Assembly (NCBI GenBank): GCA_050692975.1
Contig: JBOGWH010000300.1
Coordinates: 1-32,740, forward strand
DNA from: Actinomycetota bacterium
GTDB taxonomy: Bacteria; Actinomycetota; CADDZG01; JAHWKV01
Reading direction: 5' to 3'
Length of the DNA stretch: 32,740 bases
The notes beneath the pieces are model-generated. The model saw only the letters and a list, made by a program, of their open reading frames with translations, had not been told where the DNA came from and searched no databases. A program made the position numbers and the translations under genes. Position 1 is the first letter of the stretch; each line of letters opens with the position of its first letter. This document shows positions 25,793 through 32,740 of this stretch, piece after piece.

Positions 25793-26827
25793 ATGAAGAT
25801 TAGTGCTTCGGTTCTGGGCGCCTCGGGGTTCGCGGGTGGGGAGCTTCTGCGCCTGCTCAGCCAGCATCCGGCATTCGAGGTGGTGGGCGCAGGCGCCGGC
25901 ACGCTGGCGGGTGAGCCGGTGCCTGCCCGGTATCCCGGCCTGGTGCTTGGGGCTGATGCGACATTCGTTACCAACGAGGAGGCTCTCGCCCGGGAAGCCG
26001 AGGTCGTTTTTATTTCGCTGCCTCATACGGAAAGCATGAAGCTCGCGGAGCAATTCGCGGGCCGAAAGGCCGTCGACCTAGGGGGAGACTTCAGGCTCTC
26101 CGATCCTGGGCAATACGAGAAGTGGTACGGGACACCGCATCTGGCGCCCGATGCTTTGGGCCGGTGGGTTTACGGCCTAACCGAGTTCAACCGGACGGCA
26201 ATCGAAGAAGCGAAGCTTGTCGCGAACCCCGGCTGCTACCCGGCGGCCTCGATCCTGGCACTGGGCCCGTTTCTCGAAGCGGGTCTGATCGAGCCGGTGC
26301 CGATCCACATCGACGCGAAGTCGGGGGTGTCGGGAGCCGGCAGAGCTTCGGGGGAGGGATTCGGTTTTGCCTCGGCGAACGAGAACACCCGGCCTTATCG
26401 CCCCGTCGGGCACAACCATATTCCCGAGATCGAGGAGCAACTGAGTGCCGTGGCCGGGGGGACGGTTACCGTCAGCTTCGTGCCGCACCTGGTGCCAATG
26501 ACCAGAGGCATCGAAGTGACCGCGGTGGCTCTGGCCACCGGCGGGGCCACCGCGCAGGGGCTGCAGGAGGCTCTCGCAGCCCGGTATGAAAAAGAGACTT
26601 TCATCCGCGTGCTCGGCGGCGACGGTCTGCCGGAGACCAGGAGGCTGACCGGGACCAACTTTGCCGAGGTCGCCGTCCGTATGGACGACCGCACGGGCAA
26701 GGTTCTCCTCTTTGCCGCTCTTGACAATCTGGGCAAGGGGGCGGCCGGACAGGCGGTGCAGAACGCCAACCTTATATTCGGCTTCGACGAGTCCATGGGC
26801 CTTCAGGCAAGTGCGGTTCTTCCTTGA
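25793..26827 (+). CDS. argC: N-acetyl-gamma-glutamyl-phosphate reductase
   Basis: 344 aa with 'VLGASGFAGGELLRLL' and the catalytic Cys in 'LVANPGCYPAA'. Confidence 0.95.
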   Translation: MKISASVLGASGFAGGELLRLLSQHPAFEVVGAGAGTLAGEPVPARYPGLVLGADATFVTNEEALAREAEVVFISLPHTESMKLAEQFAGRKAVDLGGDFRLSDPGQYEKWYGTPHLAPDALGRWVYGLTEFNRTAIEEAKLVANPGCYPAASILALGPFLEAGLIEPVPIHIDAKSGVSGAGRASGEGFGFASANENTRPYRPVGHNHIPEIEEQLSAVAGGTVTVSFVPHLVPMTRGIEVTAVALATGGATAQGLQEALAARYEKETFIRVLGGDGLPETRRLTGTNFAEVAVRMDDRTGKVLLFAALDNLGKGAAGQAVQNANLIFGFDESMGLQASAVLP

Positions 26828-27999
26828 TGAACCCGTCGGGTGGTGCTTGTGCTCCTAAAGGCTTTTTGGCTGCCGGAGTCGAGGCGGGGATCAAACGCGC
26901 CGGGGGCCTGGATCTCGCCCTGGTCGTTTCGGAATCTGCGGCTGCCGCGGCCGGAGTCTTCACCACCAACCTCGCGGCGGCGGCCCCCGTTCACCTGTCG
27001 CGAGAGCGAGTGGCCTCCGGTTCGGCCCGGGCGATCGTGATCAACTCGGGCTGCGCCAATGCATGCACCGGACGGCACGGTGTTGAGGATGCCCGCTCGA
27101 CGGTGCGCATCGCCTCGGCCGCACTGGGTCTGGACGAAAGCGAGGTCCTGGTCTGCTCGACCGGGCTCATAGGGTCTCTGCTGCCGATGGACAAAATGGC
27201 GGCGGGAATCGAGGCGGCGGCGGCCGCCCTGGGTCGCTCTGATGAGGCCGCCGCCAGGGCGATCATGACCACCGACTCGAGGCCCAAGCGCACGGCGATC
27301 TCGAGCGGCTCGGGATGGACGATCGGCGGGATGGCGAAGGGCGCCGGCATGATCGCGCCCAATATGGCCACGATGCTGGCGGTGATAACAACCGATGCGG
27401 TCGTGGAGGCTCAACTTCTCCAGAGCATACTGAGCAACGTCGCGGGGGCCACCTTTAACCGGATCAGCGTAGATGGGGATACGAGCACCAACGACAGCGT
27501 TTTGGTTCTTGCCAACGGGGCCTCCGGACAAAGCGCAGACCCGGAAGAATTCTCCGGGTACATGTACGAGGTCTGCAGCACCCTTGCGAGGATGATAGTT
27601 GCCGACGGGGAGGGAGCGACCAAGTTCGTAACGGTCCGGGTATCCGGGGCCGAAGACTATTCCCAGGCCGACGCGGCCGCCCGGACGGTGGCCCAGTCGC
27701 TTCTGGTGAAGACTGCGGTGTACGGCGGCGATGCGAATTGGGGGCGGATCGCGGCGGCACTCGGCCGCTGCGGGGCCCGCTTCGACCTGGACCGGCTAAC
27801 CATCGAGATGGGCGGAGAGGTGCTGTTCGAAAACGGTGAACCGGCCCCCGAGGCCTCGCAGGCGTCTGCCCGCGAGGCCATGGTCGACCGCGAGATCAGC
27901 ATCCATTGCCATCTCGGCGCGGGAGACTCGGAGGCCGCGATGCTGACCACCGATCTGGGGCCGGGCTACGTCTCCCTGAACGCGGAGTACGAAACATGA
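26824..27999 (+). CDS. argJ: bifunctional ornithine acetyltransferase / N-acetylglutamate synthase
   Basis: About 390 aa with the autoproteolytic site 'PNMATMLAVITTDA'. The start is TTG 26824 (TTGA overlap with the argC stop) or ATG 26827 (TGATG). Confidence 0.94.
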   Translation: MMNPSGGACAPKGFLAAGVEAGIKRAGGLDLALVVSESAAAAAGVFTTNLAAAAPVHLSRERVASGSARAIVINSGCANACTGRHGVEDARSTVRIASAALGLDESEVLVCSTGLIGSLLPMDKMAAGIEAAAAALGRSDEAAARAIMTTDSRPKRTAISSGSGWTIGGMAKGAGMIAPNMATMLAVITTDAVVEAQLLQSILSNVAGATFNRISVDGDTSTNDSVLVLANGASGQSADPEEFSGYMYEVCSTLARMIVADGEGATKFVTVRVSGAEDYSQADAAARTVAQSLLVKTAVYGGDANWGRIAAALGRCGARFDLDRLTIEMGGEVLFENGEPAPEASQASAREAMVDREISIHCHLGAGDSEAAMLTTDLGPGYVSLNAEYET

Positions 28000-28868
28000 G
28001 CATTGCTCCCACCGATCCCGCGGCGAAGGCGTCGGTCCTGATCGAAGCCCTGCCGTACATCCGCAGGTGGTCGGGCAAGACCGTCGTCATCAAGGTAGGA
28101 GGAGAGATCCTGGAGTCTCCCGAGGTCCTCTCCGCTTTTGCGACCGACCTTGCCCTCATGCGTTTCGTGGGGATGAACCCCGTCGTGGTCCACGGCGGCG
28201 GCCCCCAGATCAGCGACATCATGGAGAAGCTCGGGAAGCAGCCGGCGTTCGTCGGGGGTCACCGGATCACCGACGCCGAGACGGTGGGCATCGTCAGGAT
28301 GGTCCTGATAGGCGACATCAACAAACTGGTCGTCAACGCGATCAACGCCGCGGGGGCGAGGGCCGCCGGAATTTCGGGGGAGGACGGCATGCTTTTTGTG
28401 GCCCGGCGCATCACCGGCGCCGAGGGCCAGGACATCGGTTTCGTCGGAGAGGTCGACCGGGTGGATTCCTCCCTGATAGAGGCGCTTCTCGCCGGGGAAT
28501 TCATCCCGGTTATTGCACCGGTGGGCATCGCCCCGGACGGCCCTCACAACATAAACGCCGATCTGGCGGCAGGCGCGCTCGCGCCCGCCCTGGAGGCCGA
28601 AAAGATCGTCTTTCTGACCAACGTAAGGGGGCTGTACCGGGACCACGCCGATCGGTCGGGCTTGATCTCGCAGATCACAACCGGCGAATTGAAAAAGCTG
28701 ATGAGCGAAGGCGCCGTTGGTGCGGGCATGATCCCCAAGATGAACAGTGTTCTCGAAGCAATCGAGGCCGGGGTGCACACGGCGCACATTCTCGACGGGC
28801 GGGTTCCCCACGCCCTGCTTCTCGAGATCTTCACCGACGAGGGCCTCGGAACCATGGTGCGCCCGTGA
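27996..28868 (+). CDS. argB: acetylglutamate kinase
   Basis: The in-frame ATG 27996 (ATGA overlap with the argJ stop) within track ORF 27906..28868 gives 290 aa: MSIAPTDPAAKASVLIEALPYIRRWSGKTVVIKVGGE..., including 'VVVHGGGPQI' and 'NINAD'. Confidence 0.94.
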   Translation: MSIAPTDPAAKASVLIEALPYIRRWSGKTVVIKVGGEILESPEVLSAFATDLALMRFVGMNPVVVHGGGPQISDIMEKLGKQPAFVGGHRITDAETVGIVRMVLIGDINKLVVNAINAAGARAAGISGEDGMLFVARRITGAEGQDIGFVGEVDRVDSSLIEALLAGEFIPVIAPVGIAPDGPHNINADLAAGALAPALEAEKIVFLTNVRGLYRDHADRSGLISQITTGELKKLMSEGAVGAGMIPKMNSVLEAIEAGVHTAHILDGRVPHALLLEIFTDEGLGTMVRP

Positions 28869-30070
28869 CCGCCGGCGTCCGGGACACGGCCGACCGGTGG
28901 CTGATGCCCAACTACCGGCGACAGCCGGTCACGTTTGTGCGCGGGGAGGGAATGTATCTATACGACGAGCCGGGGCGCCCGTACCTCGATTTCGTCGCCG
29001 GCATCGCGGTTAACGCCCTCGGGCACGCCCATCCGGCAGTGCTTGAAGCCATTGCCGAACAGGCAGGCCGGGTAATGCACGTCTCGAACTTCTATTACAC
29101 CGAGCCGATGGCGCGCCTCGCGGAACGCCTCTGCGGCCTGCTGGGGTTCGGCGACGGGAAGGTATTTTTCACAAATTCGGGGGCCGAGGCGGTCGAATGT
29201 TCCATCAAGCTGGCCAGGAAGTGGGCGAAGGCCCGGTTCGGTCCGGGGCGTCACGAAACCGTCGCCGCCGAGGGCTCCTTTCACGGCAGGACAATGGGGG
29301 CCCTTTCAGCCACCGGCCAGCCCGCCAAACAGGCCCCCTTCGAGCCGCTCGTGCCCGGATTCGTGCACGCCCCCTTCGGCGACGCCCCGGCACTGGAAGC
29401 TGCTTTGAGTGAGCGTTCCTGCTCGGTACTGCTCGAGCCGGTCCAGGGCGAAGCCGGAGTGATTGTGCCGCCGGCGGACTACCTGCCGGCAGTCAGGGCG
29501 ATTTGCGACGGCAATCAACTCGTCTTTATCGCCGACGAGGTCCAGACGGGCGTCGGCAGGACGGGCCGCTGGTTCGCATTCCAGCACAGCGGCGCGGCGC
29601 CCGACGTCGTAACCGTCGCCAAGGCCCTTGGCGGCGGGGTGCCTATCGGCGCCTGCATCGCCCGGGGGGAGGCCGCCGTAGCGTTCGAACCGGGAGACCA
29701 TGCCAGCACGATGGGCGGCAATCCACTCGCCTGCTCGGCGGCGCTGGCCGTCCTCGACGTGATCGAGTCCGAGAAACTGGTCCCCGCCGCCGAAAGGACG
29801 GGCGCGCGTCTCAAGCACCTCCTCGAGGTCCTGGCCGGAAAGTACCCGCTCATCCGTGAAGTCAGGGGATCGGGACTGCTTATCGCAGTCGAGCTGTGCG
29901 AGCCGGCGGCCGGTGCGGTGGTGGCGGGGGCACTTGGCAAAGGATTGCTGGTCAACGAGGTGACCCCTTCGGCGATCAGGCTGTGCCCTCCTCTAATCGT
30001 CTCGGACGCACAGTGTGGGGAGGCCGTGGAGATTCTCGATAGAGTTTTCGGAATGATGGAGGCTAAGTGA
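28865..30070 (+). CDS. argD: acetylornithine aminotransferase
   Basis: GTG 28865 (GTGA overlap with the argB stop) within track ORF 28067..30070 gives 401 aa. Motifs 'NALGHAHP', 'DEVQTGVGRTG' and the PLP lysine in 'DVVTVAKALGGG'. The upstream 266 codons of the track ORF overlap argB and are Arg/Gly-rich junk. Confidence 0.94.
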   Translation: MTAGVRDTADRWLMPNYRRQPVTFVRGEGMYLYDEPGRPYLDFVAGIAVNALGHAHPAVLEAIAEQAGRVMHVSNFYYTEPMARLAERLCGLLGFGDGKVFFTNSGAEAVECSIKLARKWAKARFGPGRHETVAAEGSFHGRTMGALSATGQPAKQAPFEPLVPGFVHAPFGDAPALEAALSERSCSVLLEPVQGEAGVIVPPADYLPAVRAICDGNQLVFIADEVQTGVGRTGRWFAFQHSGAAPDVVTVAKALGGGVPIGACIARGEAAVAFEPGDHASTMGGNPLACSAALAVLDVIESEKLVPAAERTGARLKHLLEVLAGKYPLIREVRGSGLLIAVELCEPAAGAVVAGALGKGLLVNEVTPSAIRLCPPLIVSDAQCGEAVEILDRVFGMMEAK

Positions 30071-31005
30071 GGCACTTCCTTTCCTCAGACGATCTGTCGG
30101 TTGAGGAACAGGCGGCCCTGATCGAGCGCGCCATCGAGATAAAGGCCGGCGCCGGCGCGGGCGAGCCGCCTCTTAAGGGAAAGACGGTCGGCCTGCTGTT
30201 CGAAAAGCCCTCGACCCGGACCAGGATCTCGTTCGAGGCGGGAATCTTCCAGCTCGGCGGCCATCCCATCGCCATGCGCGGCGACGAGCTTCAGGTCGGA
30301 AGGAGCGAAAGCCTCGCTGACACGGGGCGGGTCCTTTCTCGCTATCTCGACGGGCTGGTCGTCAGGACCTTCGGGCAGGATCGTCTGGATGAGCTGTCTG
30401 AAAAGGCATCCATCCCGGTAATAAATGCTCTCAGCGACATGGAGCATCCTTGCCAGGCGCTCGCGGACGTGATGACCGTGCAGGAGCTGTTCGGGGACCT
30501 CAAGTCCGTGCGGCTGGCGTTTTTCGGAGAGGGCAACAACGTTTGCCACTCCCTTTTGCTGGCCGGGGCCAAAGCCGGCTTCGCAGAGGTCTCGGTCGCC
30601 GCCCCGCCGGGTTTCGAGCCTATCGAGCCGATAGTTGAGCAGGCGCAATCCATCGGCTCCGAAACCGGATGCCGCATCCGAATTTCGAACGACGCCAACG
30701 CTTGCGCCAGGGGGGCGAACGTCCTGTACACCGACGTGTGGACGAGCATGGGCTGGGAGTCCGAGCGGGAAGCTCGCCTGAAGGCGTTCGCGGGTTACCA
30801 GCTGGACGCCGAAAGGGTTGACCGCGCAGAGGCCGACGCGGTCGTTTTACACTGCCTCCCTGCGCACAGGGGAGAAGAAATAAGCGCGGAGGTCCTGGAA
30901 GGCAAGGCGTCGAAGGTCTGGGACCAGGCCGAGAATCGCCTCCACGCCCAGAAGGCGCTTCTCGAGTGGTTTGTGGGCGGGCTGAAACCGGGGGCCCGGC
31001 GATGA
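30067..31005 (+). CDS. argF: ornithine carbamoyltransferase
   Basis: 312 aa with a GTG start (GTGA overlap). Motifs 'FEKPSTRTRISFE', 'HPCQALAD' and 'HCLPAHRGEE'. Confidence 0.95.
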   Translation: MRHFLSSDDLSVEEQAALIERAIEIKAGAGAGEPPLKGKTVGLLFEKPSTRTRISFEAGIFQLGGHPIAMRGDELQVGRSESLADTGRVLSRYLDGLVVRTFGQDRLDELSEKASIPVINALSDMEHPCQALADVMTVQELFGDLKSVRLAFFGEGNNVCHSLLLAGAKAGFAEVSVAAPPGFEPIEPIVEQAQSIGSETGCRIRISNDANACARGANVLYTDVWTSMGWESEREARLKAFAGYQLDAERVDRAEADAVVLHCLPAHRGEEISAEVLEGKASKVWDQAENRLHAQKALLEWFVGGLKPGARR

Positions 31006-31481
31006 AGGCCCTACGTCAGCGGCGCATCGTCCAGATGATTCGCGGGGGCTCTGTGACCAGCCAGAACCAGCTGGTCAAATCGCTTCGCGGCGCCGGGCTT
31101 CCCGCCACCCAGGCGACCGTGTCGCGCGACCTGGAAGAGCTGGGCGCAGTCAAGGTCCGCAGGGAAGGCAAGGTCGTCTATGCGCTTCCGGCGGAAGTTG
31201 CCTCGGTGCCGATGGGAGATGCCCTTCGGCGAATATTGAGCGAGTCGGTTCTGGAACTGGAATCGAGCAGCAATCTGCTCGTGCTCAAGACCCCTCCGGG
31301 CCATGCGCACATGGTCGCCGCCGCCCTGGACAGGGGACCGGTGGAGGGAGTGGCGGGGACGGTGGCCGGAGACGATACGGTTCTGGTCGTGTGCAAGCAG
31401 TCGGTGATGGCCAGGCGGGTCGAGCGGCGGCTGCGAGCGATTATCGACGCTATTCCGGGGGTGGCCTCTCCCCGTGTCTGA
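31002..31481 (+). CDS. argR: arginine repressor
   Basis: ATG 31002 (ATGA overlap with the argF stop) gives 159 aa. Winged-helix 'QNQLVKSLRGAGLPATQATVSRDLEELG' and C-terminal arginine-binding 'GTVAGDDTVLVV'. Confidence 0.92.
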   Translation: MKALRQRRIVQMIRGGSVTSQNQLVKSLRGAGLPATQATVSRDLEELGAVKVRREGKVVYALPAEVASVPMGDALRRILSESVLELESSSNLLVLKTPPGHAHMVAAALDRGPVEGVAGTVAGDDTVLVVCKQSVMARRVERRLRAIIDAIPGVASPRV

Positions 31482-32673
31482 ACGAGTTGCGCTGGCGTAT
31501 TCCGGCGGCCTCGACACGACCGTTGCCGTGGCATGGTTGAAAGAGAACAAGGGCCTCGACGTGATCGCCGTGGCGGTGGATGTGGGCCAGGGGGGAGACT
31601 TCGAGGAACTTCAGGATCGGGCTTTGAAGGCCGGCGCCGTAGAGGCGGTGGTGGTCGCGGCGGCGGAGCAGTTCGCCGATCATTACGCGGCGGCGGCCCT
31701 GCACGCCAATGCCCTTTATCAGCAGAAATATCCGCTCGTCTCCGCTCTGTCCCGCCCGCTTATCAGCGTTCACCTGGCGGGGGCGGCGAAGAAGCACAGG
31801 GCGCGATTTGTCGCTCACGGATGCACCGGCAAGGGCAACGATCAGGTGCGATTCGAAACCTGCCTCGCGGCGCTGTATCCCGAGGCCAATATCCTTGCCC
31901 CCGTCAGGGAATGGGGGCTGACCCGAGAGCAGGCCGTCGATTACGCGGTCGAGCGGGGCCTGCCGCTGCCCGCCGGCGGCTCCTCCCTGTACTCGATCGA
32001 CGAAAACTTGTGGGGCCGTGCGATCGAGTGCGGCGATCTCGAGGACCCGATGACGGAGCCCCCACCGGATGTGTGGGAACTCACCAGCGACCCGCAGGCG
32101 GGGGACCCCGAGTATCTGGAAGTTGAGTTTCGCCGGGGCCTGCCGGTGTCCCTCAACGGGGAAGCCATGCCGTTCGCGGCCCTCGTGCAGCGGGTGGGAA
32201 GGGTGGCGGGGGCCAGAGGGTTTGGAAGAATCGACATGATCGAGGACCGCGTTGTCGGGATCAAGTCCCGGGAGGTCTACGAGGCGCCCGGCGCCCTTGC
32301 CCTGATCGCGGCGCACCGGGACCTCGAGGAGCTCACGCTGGACCGGGAACTGCTGCGCACCAAGAGGCAGCTGGAACAAAAATGGGCCGATCTGGTTTAC
32401 GAGGGCCACTGGTTCTCCCCGCTCAAGGAATCGATCGACGCGTTCATTGCGGCAACGTCGCCCCACGTGAGCGGAACCGTGCGCCTGAAGGCCGAGGCCG
32501 GATCCGTCCGGGTGGTCGGGCGCTCTTCCGGAGAGTCACTTTATGACGAAGGGCTGGCAAGCTACTCGGCCTCGGATACATTCGACCACCGAGCCGCCGG
32601 CGGATTTTTGAAGCTCTGGAGCCTTCCGGCAAGGGTTTGGAGCGGGCGGCACCCTCCCGACCCGAAGGTATGA
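31474..32673 (+). CDS. argG: argininosuccinate synthase
   Basis: 399 aa with a GTG start overlapping the argR 3' end by 8 nt. Motifs 'ALAYSGGLDTT' and 'AHGCTGKGNDQVRFE'. Confidence 0.96.
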   Translation: MSERVALAYSGGLDTTVAVAWLKENKGLDVIAVAVDVGQGGDFEELQDRALKAGAVEAVVVAAAEQFADHYAAAALHANALYQQKYPLVSALSRPLISVHLAGAAKKHRARFVAHGCTGKGNDQVRFETCLAALYPEANILAPVREWGLTREQAVDYAVERGLPLPAGGSSLYSIDENLWGRAIECGDLEDPMTEPPPDVWELTSDPQAGDPEYLEVEFRRGLPVSLNGEAMPFAALVQRVGRVAGARGFGRIDMIEDRVVGIKSREVYEAPGALALIAAHRDLEELTLDRELLRTKRQLEQKWADLVYEGHWFSPLKESIDAFIAATSPHVSGTVRLKAEAGSVRVVGRSSGESLYDEGLASYSASDTFDHRAAGGFLKLWSLPARVWSGRHPPDPKV

Positions 32674-32740
32674 GCGGCCCGCTGTGGAAGGGCAGATTTT
32701 CCCGCAGGCCCGACGAGGCGCTCATGGCGCTCTCCCGGTC
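32670..32740 (+). CDS. argH: argininosuccinate lyase (5' fragment, truncated by window end)
   Basis: ATG 32670 overlaps the argG stop (ATGA). 'MSGPLWKGRFSRRPDEALMALSRS' matches the LWGGRF N-terminal signature of ArgH, and the operon position is as expected. Confidence 0.85.
   Translation, partial: MSGPLWKGRFSRRPDEALMALSR

Noticed and set aside
28067-28864. Long 5' extensions of track ORFs for argD (28067), argB (27906), pyrD (6551) and argR (30966).
   Set aside because: The extensions overlap the preceding well-supported gene in another frame and translate to Arg/Gly-rich junk. Internal ATG/GTG starts that overlap the upstream stop codon give N-termini matching the enzyme families.
1-32740. 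Looked for CRISPR arrays, tandem or long repeats, IS elements, integrases, tRNA/rRNA genes, toxin-antitoxin or defence-like cassettes, and biosynthetic clusters.
   Set aside because: None were seen. All sizeable ORFs are accounted for by housekeeping genes. No non-coding gap exceeds about 165 nt, and no repeated spacer/repeat periodicity is visible.

Overview
This is a high-GC (about 65% by eye), very gene-dense bacterial chromosomal segment made up almost entirely of core housekeeping genes. Stop/start overlaps and TTG/GTG starts are frequent. From memory, the gene order matches two actinobacterial (Mycobacterium-like) synteny blocks joined together. Block 1 is pyrC-carA-carB-pyrK-pyrD, then an inverted mihF-gmk-rpoZ block, coaBC-metK-priA-def-fmt, a SAM methyltransferase, and an inverted riboflavin operon ribD-ribE-ribBA-ribH. 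Block 2 is hisG, cspA, infC-rpmI-rplT, a small orphan histidine kinase, pheS-pheT, and a tightly coupled arginine operon argC-J-B-D-F-R-G-H, with argH cut by the window end. I found no rRNA, tRNA, CRISPR array, transposase, integrase, phage gene or defence-like gene. I do not see a convincing novel multi-gene system, so this looks like an ordinary core region. Six smaller oddities are worth a second look. (1) gmk has no canonical start codon and lies in the same frame as mihF, separated by a single TAA followed directly by ATA. (2) infC has the same stop-plus-ATA geometry behind a 7-codon in-frame uORF. (3) A strongly basic 36-codon ORF, chained by overlapping micro-ORFs, sits between carA and carB. 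(4) A sensor-less, partner-less histidine kinase is inserted between rplT and pheS. (5) The PriA homologue has degenerate ATPase motifs and no Cys-rich zinc region. (6) Tandem palindromes (candidate ARG boxes) lie directly upstream of argC. All functional calls rest on motif recognition in the supplied translations. No database search was run.
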